A stretch of DNA of 64,000 nt from Acidilobaceae archaeon (GCA_038824665.1 JAWBBK010000003.1:32318-96317); one strand, 5' to 3'. Positions 8,941-18,515 are shown, counted from the first letter of the stretch. Notes: generated by a model from the letters alone, not told the origin. Program-made: numbers and translations.

Positions 8941-9156
8941 TTGTTGCGTCTAAAGGAGAAAGGGGTTGCTAGAGTAGTGTACGAGAGCTTCGAGGTTGTA
9001 GAAGAGTACGTGAAGCACGGGATGAGGAGGTTCAAGGTCAGAGTCAAGGGAACCAATCTCGTTTTCGATGTGAGAGCTGACAGCGTAGAAGAGGCTTTAA
9101 AGAAAGCAGAAGAGATGGCGAAAAAACTTCGAAAGGTCAGCGAGAGTTCAAGTTGA
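8941..9156 (+). CDS. Small hypothetical protein
   Basis: Genome-typical codon usage; GGGGT SD before GTG at 8977; RVKGTNLVFDV.A...EEA beta-beta-helix pattern. Confidence 0.6.
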   Translation: MLRLKEKGVARVVYESFEVVEEYVKHGMRRFKVRVKGTNLVFDVRADSVEEALKKAEEMAKKLRKVSESSS

Positions 9157-9841
9157 CTCTGACAGTCTTATCTCCAACTATGTAGACCTTCTCTGTCTCT
9201 CTAACCTCAATCTTAAATATAGGAGCTTCATGTTTTACTCTCTCTAAAGCTTCAGCAAGAGCAGGAATGGCGTTCTTTCTTGAAAGGCCTGCTGTAGCTA
9301 TCACGATCGTCTTCTCTCCTGGCTTTCTTCTTCCTACATAATGAGCTATAGCTATGCCTTTAAGTTCCCACTTCTCTCCTACCTCTTTAGCTATTTTCTC
9401 TAAAGTCTTCTCTAAGAGTTCAGGCGAATGTTCGTAGAGTAGTTCTTGTACTCGCTCTCCTTCGCTTTTCGGTTTGACCACTCCTATGAAGAGCGCTATA
9501 GCTCCTACTTCAAGCTCGCTCAATTCGTTAACTAACTCGTTCAGGTCTATATCGTCGCTCTCTTTAAGCACCTTAACGCTCGTCTTCAAACTCCCGCCTG
9601 AAGGTAGAGGCATTAGATGAATCACATCGCTTTCGATCAGTTCTCCTCTCTCAAGCCTCTTACCGTTTCCGTCTAAGATCACGTAAGAACCTTCAAGCAC
9701 CTTCATAGCCTTAGCTATACCTTCAACTCTAGACAGCTTCTCTAAGAGTTCTTCGTAACTGTCTTTTTCTAGATCTATCTCAAGCACAGAGCTTCCCGTC
9801 AGATCTCGAAATAAAGAGTAGAGCTTGACTTTAACTTTCAA
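9137..9841 (-). CDS. moaE: MoaD/SAMP (ubiquitin-like)-MoaE molybdopterin synthase fusion
   Basis: N-terminal beta-grasp MKVKVKLYSLFRDLTG...PLPSGG, then MoaE GAIALFIGVVK, LYEH, ERVKHEAPIFKIE. Confidence 0.88.
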   Translation of the reverse strand: MKVKVKLYSLFRDLTGSSVLEIDLEKDSYEELLEKLSRVEGIAKAMKVLEGSYVILDGNGKRLERGELIESDVIHLMPLPSGGSLKTSVKVLKESDDIDLNELVNELSELEVGAIALFIGVVKPKSEGERVQELLYEHSPELLEKTLEKIAKEVGEKWELKGIAIAHYVGRRKPGEKTIVIATAGLSRKNAIPALAEALERVKHEAPIFKIEVRETEKVYIVGDKTVRVNLNSR

Positions 9842-9875
9842 TTCTGCTCCCTAGAACCGATTGCGGTGTTGCTGG

Positions 9876-10100
9876 CTAAATCTTCTTGACCGGTTTAGCT
9901 TCCCTCTTAGCCAGCTCTCCAGCTAGGTCTCGAGCTACCGTGAGACACTGATAGTCTAACCTCTCGAAGAAGATCTTAAAGAACTTGTATGCACAACGCG
10001 AGCTGTGAAACTCTAAGATCAAACCTCCTCTAGATATAATCACTCCTTGACCTTCAGGAAAGACGCGTCCACACATTAAACACTTCCGTTTGTCGCTCAA
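9876..10100 (-). CDS. TRASH/L24e-like Zn-binding protein
   Basis: CLMCG..FPEGQG...LEFHSSRC resembles L24e CxxC...FCSSKC with His in place of the third Cys. Confidence 0.65.
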   Translation of the reverse strand: MSDKRKCLMCGRVFPEGQGVIISRGGLILEFHSSRCAYKFFKIFFERLDYQCLTVARDLAGELAKREAKPVKKI

Positions 10101-10162
10101 AAGCGAAACCCTCTGAAAAAAGAGTCTTTGAGATTAAAAAAGAGGTGAAGAGAAAGAGTTCG

Positions 10163-10681
10163 CTAGAGCTTCTTGAGACCCCAGAGCTTTTTAGTCAATA
10201 CTTTAATCCCTGCGCTAACTCCGTCGAGTATCTTGGGGTTCAAGAGCATTCTAACTCTCTTAGACGGAGGCTTTTGCTTGCTTAGCTCCTCGCTGAGGTT
10301 GAGCACTGTTGCCAGTATAGCCTTTGCGCCAAAGAGCTTTTCTACTATCAGGTCTTCGAAGAGCTTTTGCCACACCGCTGGATCTCTAGCTCTTCTAATC
10401 ATAACCAGATAGCCGCCAACGACTGGACCTATCTCGGGCTTGAGTCTAAGCGCAGTCATAGTAGCTGTCTTAGTCTCAGCCTCTATCAGGTTGTTCTTTC
10501 TCAAGACTTCAGCCATTATGTTGAAGAGTTCTTGAACTCCCTTTCCTCCTATCTTTATTAAGGTTGTCTCTCGAGCTTCAGGTCTAGTGACTCTTAGTTG
10601 GAGCGAAGGACCTCTTGCTGTGTTCTTCAGAATTAGTCTGTACTGTTTGACTTCTGTGCTCACCTCGAGCCACCACACCAC
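10163..10681 (-). CDS. Hypothetical protein
   Basis: 172-aa ORF with genome-typical codon usage; no recognisable motif. Confidence 0.7.
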   Translation of the reverse strand: MVWWLEVSTEVKQYRLILKNTARGPSLQLRVTRPEARETTLIKIGGKGVQELFNIMAEVLRKNNLIEAETKTATMTALRLKPEIGPVVGGYLVMIRRARDPAVWQKLFEDLIVEKLFGAKAILATVLNLSEELSKQKPPSKRVRMLLNPKILDGVSAGIKVLTKKLWGLKKL

Positions 10682-10745
10682 GATCCTAGTGTGACACGGG
10701 GTTAAATATGATTCTATAGTCGTCTAATTGAGGATGTGCTGAAAC

Positions 10746-11744
10746 TTACGCAGAGCTTGAGCGTCTAAGATAGAGATCAGCTCGTCTAGCTACTTCAAGC
10801 CCTGATTTCACAGCCGGACCGATCTTACTCGGTCCTTGGACAGCATCTCCACAGGCGAAGACTCTATCTGCGCTAGTCATCATGTTCTCATCGACCCAGA
10901 AGGTGCCATCTGCTCTCCTCTTCAAGAAAAGTGATGTGGAAATAGGAGTAGGCTCTTGACCTACTGCTAGCAGAACGTAGTCTATTTCTAGCTTCATCTT
11001 CTCATCAACTAGCTCTACAAGCCTGCTTTCGTTAACTCTAGTCTTAGTCAATTCAACCACCCTTCTTCCGCTCTCTTCTCTGAACCCAATGGGAACGGTG
11101 TATTCGAGAACCTTCACGCCTCTTCTCTCGAGTTCATCTATAGACTTTGCTCCACTAGGAGCGTCCTTTCTGCTTCTTCTATAGCTTAAGAATATTGTTT
11201 CCACATTGTCTCTGAACTCGGGATACTCTAAGAGGACTGTGATCACGTCCAACGCTGTAAAGCCTGCACCAACTACCAAAACCCTGCCGCTAACTCTAGT
11301 CAACTTGTTCCGAGGCTCATAGCCTAACCTAACGAGATGTACTTGAGAAAGCCAATCGACAGCTCCTAGAACCCAGTTGTAGTCTTCTCCAGGCACGTTC
11401 AGTCTCTTAGAACGCCAAGCTCCTATCGCTAGGATGACAGCATCATAGCGTTCAACTATGTCTTCAAGCATCACGTCTCTACCGACTTTGGTGTTGAAAA
11501 AGAAGGAGACTCCTGCCTCCATAAGCTCTTTGACGCCTAATCTCAGAGCTTTTTTATTCACTCTGTTATCAGGTATTCCGAAGACCACCATGCCTCCTGC
11601 TTCAGGCATAGCTTCAAGCACTATCACATCGTAACCCATACAGACCAGAGCTCCAGCAGCCGTTAATCCAGCAGGCCCTCCTCCTACTATAGCTATTTCA
11701 AAACCAGATGGCTGTGCTCTTTCCTTACAAAACAAGAACCTCAC
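10746..11744 (-). CDS. GltD/SudA-like FAD/NAD(P)-dependent oxidoreductase
   Basis: IVGGGPAGL, GG.VVFGIP, VVGAGFTALD, YRR, FACGDAV.GPS. Confidence 0.85.
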   Translation of the reverse strand: MRFLFCKERAQPSGFEIAIVGGGPAGLTAAGALVCMGYDVIVLEAMPEAGGMVVFGIPDNRVNKKALRLGVKELMEAGVSFFFNTKVGRDVMLEDIVERYDAVILAIGAWRSKRLNVPGEDYNWVLGAVDWLSQVHLVRLGYEPRNKLTRVSGRVLVVGAGFTALDVITVLLEYPEFRDNVETIFLSYRRSRKDAPSGAKSIDELERRGVKVLEYTVPIGFREESGRRVVELTKTRVNESRLVELVDEKMKLEIDYVLLAVGQEPTPISTSLFLKRRADGTFWVDENMMTSADRVFACGDAVQGPSKIGPAVKSGLEVARRADLYLRRSSSA

Positions 11745-11820
11745 GAAGTTGCCCTTTAGGCTATGGCTTCAGCTCAACTTTTTTGTTTTTTGTTGAGTTT
11801 TTATAGATGGAAGATCGAAT

Positions 11821-12561
11821 TTGAGACTGACTGAAAGAGAAGACATCGAGTTAGCTGTTGTAAAGTTGTTAGGAAACGAAGTTCGATGTCGCAGATTGAG
11901 CCTCTTGGGAAGCACGTTCTTTTGTGAAGGTCGTAGAGGCTCTCTAGTAGCTAAAGTTTACGATGAGTTCTCTACATTAAAATGGGTCTCTGTCGTTCCT
12001 TTCTCGAGACCTGCTATAGCTTTCAGAGTCTCCTCTTACGAAAGACTTGTCTCTGAACTGGTTTACTCTGTAAAACTGAGAAAGCTCATCAAAACTTTCA
12101 AAGTCTTCGGAGTAGCTAAGATCTCAGGAGTTTACGTTCTTTTGAGAGAATACGTGCAAGGAGAGACCTTGTTTAAAATCAAAGATCCTAAAGCTTGGAG
12201 ACTCTTAGGAAGAAGGCTTGCAGAAATTCATTTAGAAAACATAGCGTTAGGTGACTCAAATCCTGGAAACTTTGTCGTCTCAAATAACGAGATAGCTGTA
12301 GTAGACCTAGAACAAGCTAGAAACATAGAGGAAGGTCTAGCGGCTTGGGATTTGGTTACTCTCTTAGTACATGGACATTTGAGAGGAGTAAGCACTTCTC
12401 TACTTGTAGAGGCTCTGAAAGGCTATGGAGAGAACGAAGAGGCACGTCGCAGAATTACAAGAGAACTCTCAAACCTCGCTGTATGGACTCCTTACTTGCT
12501 AGTGGCACAACCATTAGCTCCTTTCGCTTTTTCAGCTTTCAAGAAGGCTGGCTACCTCTAG
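11821..12561 (+). CDS. Atypical protein-kinase-like protein (APH/RIO/Bud32-like fold)
   Basis: VAK lysine, REYV.G hinge, H....LGDSNPGN catalytic loop, DLE motif. Confidence 0.7.
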   Translation: MRLTEREDIELAVVKLLGNEVRCRRLSLLGSTFFCEGRRGSLVAKVYDEFSTLKWVSVVPFSRPAIAFRVSSYERLVSELVYSVKLRKLIKTFKVFGVAKISGVYVLLREYVQGETLFKIKDPKAWRLLGRRLAEIHLENIALGDSNPGNFVVSNNEIAVVDLEQARNIEEGLAAWDLVTLLVHGHLRGVSTSLLVEALKGYGENEEARRRITRELSNLAVWTPYLLVAQPLAPFAFSAFKKAGYL

Positions 12562-12584
12562 CTCAAGAGATGTTCTAGTAGCTG

Positions 12585-13001
12585 GTGAAGAGATTGCCTA
12601 TGATCGTGTTGGAAAAAGGTCTCTCAGCTTCCAAAGCTAGATTTGATGATTATAAGGAAGCAGTATACATCTTGACACAGCTCATAGAGCCAGGAAGGGT
12701 CGTCACGTATGGATGTCTCGCTAGAGCTTTAGGGGTGAGTCCTAGACTCGTCGGTAGAGTTCTCGCGATTAACGAAAACATAGTAGTTGTCCCCTGTCAT
12801 AGAGTAGTTGGAAAGAAGAACCTAGGAGGCTTCAGTTTAGGACTGAGCTTTAAAGAAAAACTTCTAGCTATAGAAGGGCTGAAGAGTTCTGAAGACCTGA
12901 GGAGAGCCCTCATAGATTGTAGAGATATAGAAGAGCTGTTGTCTAAAGCGGGGGGCCGTCTCGTCTTTTCTTTTGAGTTAAGTGAAGAGTCTGAAGGTTA
13001 G
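12585..13001 (+). CDS. ogt: Methylated-DNA--protein-cysteine methyltransferase (MGMT family)
   Basis: GRVVTYG.LA, PRLVGR.L..N, VPCHRVV active site. Confidence 0.88.
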   Translation: MKRLPMIVLEKGLSASKARFDDYKEAVYILTQLIEPGRVVTYGCLARALGVSPRLVGRVLAINENIVVVPCHRVVGKKNLGGFSLGLSFKEKLLAIEGLKSSEDLRRALIDCRDIEELLSKAGGRLVFSFELSEESEG

Positions 13002-14185
13002 AGTGCTCCAAACCTCCTAGCCCAGTCTTCATATCTTTTGAGCGATTCTTGGTCTACACTGGGCTTTCTTCTAGCTATGACCTCTATGAAGTCCTTCATA
13101 GATATAGGTCTTGGCTCTTCGGTTCCGCCTTTCTGGAAGAACTCTCTCACAGTTCTCATGTGAGCGTCTACCACAACGTCTCTTATGTCGCTTCCTGAAT
13201 ATCCTTCAAGCATGTCGACCAGTTCCTCTAAGCTGACGTCGTTAGCTAGCTTCAGGTTGTTGGTCAACATCTTAAGCAACTCTAAACGTGCCTTTCTATC
13301 GGGTAACGGAACGTATATCCTTTTCTGGAATCTTCGGAGAAACGCTTCGTCGAGTTCCCAAGGCTTGTTGGTAGCGCCTATCACATAAACGTGGAGCTTC
13401 TGTTTTTTATCGAGAACTCCGTCCATCTCCTTCAAGAACTGGTTTCTTACTCTGACTTCTCCTCCTACCTCGACTTCGTGAACTCCTAGCAATGCGTCTA
13501 CTTCATCGATAAATATCGTTACAGGAACTCCTTGCTTCGATCTCTCTCTAGCGTAAGTGAATATCTTTCTCACGTTCTTTTCTCCTTCGCCTAGCCATTT
13601 ACTCATGACGCTAGCTGCGTCTACGTAAAGGAATTCAGCTCCTACTTCGTTTGCTGCAGCCGCTCCTAACATGGTCTTACCTGTGCCAGGAGGACCGAAC
13701 AACAAGATACCTCGAGGCCAGCCTAGCGGGAAGAGGTCTGGTCTCTTTACGGGATACACTATGGCTTCTCTTATAGCCTCTTTAGCGTGCTCTAAGCCTG
13801 CGATATCGTTAAAGGTCACGTTCGGTCTGTCTCTGATTATGAACGGAGGCAATAACTTCTCTAAATCATCTTGGGAAGTAGACTCTTTCTTATTGCCTTC
13901 ATTAGTTATCTCTACATAGTACTCCTCATCCTCTCCGCCGCTTGAGACCTTTAGCTTGTTCTTCTTTTCTAGTTCCTCTAGCTTCTTCTTGTACTGGATG
14001 AGAAGCCTCTTGTATATAGGAGTTAAGGGATGATCAGGATAGTGTCTCGTTATCTCTTCTAGGACCTCGATGGCTCTTCTTAAGTTAATAAAAGCCGTAG
14101 AGTAGTCTCCGTCGGACTCAGCTTTAGCGGCAGCTAGAGCATACCTTCTAGCTGCTCCCTCCAAGTAGGCTAGAGAATGAGACAA
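12998..14185 (-). CDS. cdvC: Cell-division AAA+ ATPase CdvC (Vps4 homolog)
   Basis: N-terminal MIT domain, YPVKRPDLFPLGWPRGILLFGPPGTGKT, FIDEVD, EVRVRNQFLKEMDG; directly downstream of an ESCRT-III gene. Confidence 0.93.
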   Translation of the reverse strand: MSHSLAYLEGAARRYALAAAKAESDGDYSTAFINLRRAIEVLEEITRHYPDHPLTPIYKRLLIQYKKKLEELEKKNKLKVSSGGEDEEYYVEITNEGNKKESTSQDDLEKLLPPFIIRDRPNVTFNDIAGLEHAKEAIREAIVYPVKRPDLFPLGWPRGILLFGPPGTGKTMLGAAAANEVGAEFLYVDAASVMSKWLGEGEKNVRKIFTYARERSKQGVPVTIFIDEVDALLGVHEVEVGGEVRVRNQFLKEMDGVLDKKQKLHVYVIGATNKPWELDEAFLRRFQKRIYVPLPDRKARLELLKMLTNNLKLANDVSLEELVDMLEGYSGSDIRDVVVDAHMRTVREFFQKGGTEEPRPISMKDFIEVIARRKPSVDQESLKRYEDWARRFGAL

Positions 14186-14223
14186 GAGGAGACCCTCCTG
14201 GCCCCCCGCTTCGTTCTTCTTTT

Positions 14224-14994
14224 TTAGACTGTAGACTCAGCTGATGCTTCAGTTATTCTGTGTATCTTGACTAAGCCTTTGGCTTCGAGAGACTCTAAAG
14301 CTCTCTTAACGGCTTCTGGAGACATATTTAGGTCTCTCGCAGCAACGCTTAAGCTTATCCTACCTCCTCTAGTTCTCACGTACTCGAGCAAACTCTTTTC
14401 GATATCTTCTTGACTCTGAGTCTGAACTCTTATCCCGAGTTCTGCTAGAGCGTAAGCTATCTCTTGTCTGGCCTCCGGGTCTATCTCGACTTTAGCTGTA
14501 GGCATGTTGTTAGCTAGAACGCCTACTTCTCTTATCAGACTCTCAGCTGACACCATTACGTTAGATAGTCTACTTACGAGCTCAGGGCTGATTAAGGCTA
14601 GATAGCTGTTAGTAGCTCTAAGCCAGTAGTCAAGCGGAGCTATGCTCTTAATGAGAGCTTCTATGCTTCTAGCGTCTCTTACTCTTTGAATAGCTATACC
14701 TAAGAGCTTGCTGTAAGCCGTTAGAGCCGTTAAGACTTTTTTCTTTAGAACTATCTCTGCCGCTATCATCTCAGCTGTATCGGTATCGTTGGTTCTCAGA
14801 GCTGTCTGCATCTTATCGTAATAACTCGTTATCTCGTTCGTTAACTGGTCTCTAGCGCGGTCTACCTCAAGCTTCGCTAGCTCGAGTCTAGCCGTTATTT
14901 CATCGAAGTCTATGTTCTCTACTCCGGGGTCAGCGTCTGTTCTATGCCTAGGACCTAGACCTCCTATGAAGTTTCTAATTATACTCAAGACCAC
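14224..14994 (-). CDS. cdvB: Cell-division ESCRT-III protein CdvB with C-terminal winged helix
   Basis: Helical Snf7-like core (AEMIAAEIVLKKK), C-terminal wH (LLEYVRTRGGRIS...LEAKGLVKI); co-oriented with cdvC. Confidence 0.85.
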   Translation of the reverse strand: MVLSIIRNFIGGLGPRHRTDADPGVENIDFDEITARLELAKLEVDRARDQLTNEITSYYDKMQTALRTNDTDTAEMIAAEIVLKKKVLTALTAYSKLLGIAIQRVRDARSIEALIKSIAPLDYWLRATNSYLALISPELVSRLSNVMVSAESLIREVGVLANNMPTAKVEIDPEARQEIAYALAELGIRVQTQSQEDIEKSLLEYVRTRGGRISLSVAARDLNMSPEAVKRALESLEAKGLVKIHRITEASAESTV

Positions 14995-15052
14995 TGTTCA
15001 AGCCACCAAAGAGTGTTAGCTTGAAAGGAGAAATTAGAGCGGGTACGGGAGA

Positions 15053-15059
15053 TAATACT
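15053..15059 (-). promoter_or_regulatory. AGTATTA (aCcr1-box-like) motif upstream of cdvB
   Basis: TAATACT on + at 15053-15059, about 60 nt upstream of the cdvB start. Confidence 0.5.
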
Positions 15060-15235
15060 GAATGGTTGTTAGCGTCCGCTAGTTAAGGTCAGCGCTCGTT
15101 CGCTCATAGCAAGACCGTCGAGAGCTAAGTCGAGAGTTCCTCTGAGCTTGAAAACAACTTAGAAAAACTCTTACAGGAGAAACAGTCTCTGACCTCTCGA
15201 TGAAGACGTTTCTTCGCCGCTCTTGAAGCTTTTCT

Positions 15236-15646
15236 TTACTCTTCTCCTCCTCTTATCCTGATTATTTTCGGTTTGTTCATTATAATCCAGTACTCTACGG
15301 TTACGCCTGAAGAGAGCTTAGAGACTAGCTCAGGCTCGTTCACAGGCTTCTCTATCTCTAAAGTCTCGTAAGTCTCCATATCCATAATCTGAACTCTATC
15401 GCCCATGTCTGCGAGAACTTGACCTACTCTTTTCTCTATCACTGGAACTTGAACGCGAGTATCTACTGGAGCTATGAGAGTTCTCTTCTGTCCTGTGAAA
15501 ACGCCTATAGCTACTACGTGAGCTTTTGCGCTTCCGTGTTTTCCTGTCTTGGCTGTGCTCATATCGACTATCTTACACGGCTCTCCATCTATCACTATAA
15601 AGCTACCTTTTTTGAGATCTCCTAAAGTAGCATAGTTGATGCTCAT
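15236..15646 (-). CDS. eif5a: Translation factor aIF5A
   Basis: KTGKHGSAK hypusine motif. Confidence 0.97.
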   Translation of the reverse strand: MSINYATLGDLKKGSFIVIDGEPCKIVDMSTAKTGKHGSAKAHVVAIGVFTGQKRTLIAPVDTRVQVPVIEKRVGQVLADMGDRVQIMDMETYETLEIEKPVNEPELVSKLSSGVTVEYWIIMNKPKIIRIRGGEE

Positions 15647-15700
15647 CTCTACTTCTCCGACTCAAAAAACCTCGGCTAGCGCTATATAGTCTTCTGCTCT

Positions 15701-16162
15701 TTAATCGATGAGATAGACTCTTAGAGACAACACCTTGTTGTAAACTTCTTTCACGAACTCCTCTAGCTGAACTCTTGACAAACCTCTGCTTTCAGCTATT
15801 TTGAAAACCTCCTCTAACACTTTGTTGTATGACTTGAACTTCTCGTTGAGCTCTCTCCAGGGGATCCCTGAAAGAGCTCTCTCGACATTTTCGGACCTAG
15901 GCAAGAAGCCTTTAACCATTAGCGTAGCGATAATAGGATATCCTATATAGCCTCTGAACTTAGTCCCGTTGTCGTCAGAACTCGCAAAAAAGCCATCAGG
16001 GCTTGGCTTTATTAAGACCTTGTAGACTCTATCTCCAAGACTTGAAGAGACTTTAGCCTCGATTATGTCTCTCTCGTCTCTAACTAGAACTACTCTACCG
16101 TCCGCTATAGAGCCTGAAGCCTCTAAGACTTTGATCTTAGGAGGAGCCTTTAGTCTCTTCAG
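15701..16162 (-). CDS. Conserved hypothetical protein (PPxIKVLEA...ADGRV family), probable CTG start
   Basis: The frame is open far upstream of the track ORF (15919): LKRLKAPPKIKVLEASGSIADGRV...SDDNGTKFRGYIGYPIIATLMVKG. No ATG/GTG/TTG lies between the upstream TAA and 15919. Confidence 0.75.
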   Translation of the reverse strand: MKRLKAPPKIKVLEASGSIADGRVVLVRDERDIIEAKVSSSLGDRVYKVLIKPSPDGFFASSDDNGTKFRGYIGYPIIATLMVKGFLPRSENVERALSGIPWRELNEKFKSYNKVLEEVFKIAESRGLSRVQLEEFVKEVYNKVLSLRVYLID

Positions 16163-16212
16163 CTTGCAACCCTTTGAGATCAGAGAGTCTGAGAGGTTTT
16201 AGCGTGACCTAC

Positions 16213-17088
16213 TTAAAGAGGAGCGTTTACATCGTAAACTTTAGCTACGAGGTCTACATTTATTTTATACAGCTTCTCCTTCCATTCATCATCTAAAGCG
16301 GCTAGCTGTTGAACGAGTCTTGCCATTTCCCAAGGCTGTGTGACGGCTCCGGGTCTCTCAGGGTCGTCGAGAAAGTCGCTTTCGATCATATAGATAGGCT
16401 CTAACTTTGAGAGAGCATACTCAAGAGGTTGACGTAATCCCACTATAGTCGAAGAGTACCCTCTTCTCCAAGCTTCAATAGCTATTCTGAGGTCTGCATG
16501 ATGAAACACTATCTTGTGTTTCAAAGGCTTTAGTCTTTCTATCAGTTTGTCCGTGATCTCTACGGTATCTTCTTTAGCTTGTTCTAAGTGTAGATGGACC
16601 ACTGCTCCTAAGTCTCGAGCGCGTTCTATAGCATATTCCATTATTATATGAGAAGCAAGCACTCTATCGCTGGAAGTCTTGTAGTGTTGTCTACCGACCT
16701 CTCCTATCCCGTCTAGAAGTCCTCTCTCGATGAGAGAAGCAACGTACTCTACCACTCTTACTCCGATCTCGACTGCTTTAGCTGAGCTCAGCCTGTGTCT
16801 ATCTACGAGCTTATCTACTTCAGCTGGATGGAAGCCAGCGATACAAGCTATAGTGATCCCCTCTTCTTTAGCTTTTTTACACTCCTTCACATGAGCATCA
16901 ACGGTTTTTATGAAAGAGTCGAGACCTCTCTCCTCAATGCCATAAGCTGAAGGAGATAGAGAGACCAAAGCTAGAAACCATCCTCCAGACTTTTTGAAAG
17001 CCTCTGCTATAGCTTTAGCTCCTAGACCTCTCGCTGGACTAGCGTGACAATGTCCATCAGCTACCGGTATCAAGAAGTCTGCCCCCAT
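16213..17088 (-). CDS. TatD-family metallo-hydrolase
   Basis: DGHCH, GFHP, GIGEVGR.HY, HLH.E, HH, ESDFLDDP.RPG. Confidence 0.85.
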   Translation of the reverse strand: MGADFLIPVADGHCHASPARGLGAKAIAEAFKKSGGWFLALVSLSPSAYGIEERGLDSFIKTVDAHVKECKKAKEEGITIACIAGFHPAEVDKLVDRHRLSSAKAVEIGVRVVEYVASLIERGLLDGIGEVGRQHYKTSSDRVLASHIIMEYAIERARDLGAVVHLHLEQAKEDTVEITDKLIERLKPLKHKIVFHHADLRIAIEAWRRGYSSTIVGLRQPLEYALSKLEPIYMIESDFLDDPERPGAVTQPWEMARLVQQLAALDDEWKEKLYKINVDLVAKVYDVNAPL

Positions 17089-18515
17089 TCTTTCAGCTTT
17101 TTCTCTATGACCTCTCTCACAGCTCTAGGGTCAACAGCTTTCTTCCCTATCCTCTTTATCGTAGCGCCTACTAAGTAGTTAAGAGCCTCTCTTTTACCTG
17201 AAAGGTAATCAGCTACCGCTTTCTTCTCCGCCTTCAGAGTCTCTTCTACAAAGACCTCGATGTCGACGATCTTCTCAGGTAGCAATTCCTCTATAGGCGC
17301 CAAGGGGTTCCGAGCTAGCTTGGGTAAGACTAGACCTTTGATGGTATCATAGGGGTATTCGCCTTTTTTCACCATCTCTGTCAGTTTGAGTATCGACCTC
17401 GCTGGAGGCCAGCTCGAGGGGTCATAGACGTCTTTCTCAAGCTCTTTTAACTCTCCTTTGTAGTCTACAGCTAACATTTTGGCTGTGAGAAGAGGGTCTG
17501 CGCCTCCTTCGACAGCTTCTAAGAACACTTTGAGAGAGCTCTTCACCTGAACTAAGCTCCACGCTAAGTCCTTAGAAACCCCTAGATTTAAGAGCTTAGA
17601 TAAGAGCACAGCAACGCTTTTCGTCTCGACCTCTCTCTCAGCATCTTTGACCATCTCTGGCGTCAAAAGGATAGGTGGTAGGTCGGGATCGGGGAAGTAC
17701 AAATACTCTTCCTCATACTCTTTATGTCTAAGCGATATTGTGATTCCTCTAGCTGAGTCCCAGTGTCTAGTCTCTCTACTAACTGAGCCTCCTGACTCTA
17801 GTATCTTCGTTTGTCTCATTATCTCAAACATCAAAGCCTTTTCAACATCAGCAATGCTACCTATGTTCTTGACCTCTACTCTCTCTCCATCAGCGACGCT
17901 GACGTTAGCGTCTACTCTGAAAGCTCCCTCTAGTCTAGGGTTGGTCACACCTAAGTGTTCGAGAGTTAAGAGTAAATACTCGATAAAAGCTCTCGCATCT
18001 TTAGGACTTTCCAAATCAGGTTCTGTAACTATCTCAAGAAGAGGCACTCCGCTTCTGTTGTAATCCACATAAGATAAAGGACTTCTGGTTATGTCTTCTT
18101 CGTAAGTCGTTCTTCCGGGGTCTTCTTCGATGTTAATCCTCTTTATTCTACACCTCTTCCAAGTCCACGTAACTGGATCGAGATAATCGAGATGTCCGCC
18201 TAAACACATAGGAACACCGCCTGCTTTCTCAAACATAGATATCTGATAGCTTTTTGGAAGATCTGGATAGAAGTAGTGTTTTCTTGTGAAAACGATCTTT
18301 TGAGGAATTCTGCAGTTCGTAGCTAACGCTGCTCTAAGCGCTAGCTCAACAACTCTTTTGTTGACCACTGGAAGAGCTCCCGGTAGACCTAGACAAACAG
18401 GACACACGTTAGTGTTGGGAGGCTTTCCTCTATAGTCAACGCTACAACTACAGAACAGCTTGGTCTTAGCCTCTGTCACTTGAACGTGTATCTCAAGTCC
18501 TATCTTAACCTTCAC
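17070..18515 (-). CDS. gatB: Asp-tRNA(Asn)/Glu-tRNA(Gln) amidotransferase subunit B
   Basis: IGLEIH, TKLFC, RKHYFYPDLPK, DYNRSGVPLLEIVTEPD, YFPDPDLP. Confidence 0.97.
   Translation of the reverse strand: MKVKIGLEIHVQVTEAKTKLFCSCSVDYRGKPPNTNVCPVCLGLPGALPVVNKRVVELALRAALATNCRIPQKIVFTRKHYFYPDLPKSYQISMFEKAGGVPMCLGGHLDYLDPVTWTWKRCRIKRINIEEDPGRTTYEEDITRSPLSYVDYNRSGVPLLEIVTEPDLESPKDARAFIEYLLLTLEHLGVTNPRLEGAFRVDANVSVADGERVEVKNIGSIADVEKALMFEIMRQTKILESGGSVSRETRHWDSARGITISLRHKEYEEEYLYFPDPDLPPILLTPEMVKDAEREVETKSVAVLLSKLLNLGVSKDLAWSLVQVKSSLKVFLEAVEGGADPLLTAKMLAVDYKGELKELEKDVYDPSSWPPARSILKLTEMVKKGEYPYDTIKGLVLPKLARNPLAPIEELLPEKIVDIEVFVEETLKAEKKAVADYLSGKREALNYLVGATIKRIGKKAVDPRAVREVIEKKLKEWGQTS

Noticed and set aside
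14995-15235. Remnant of cdvA
   Set aside because: No CdvA-like frame was recognisable; only short stop-bounded frames.
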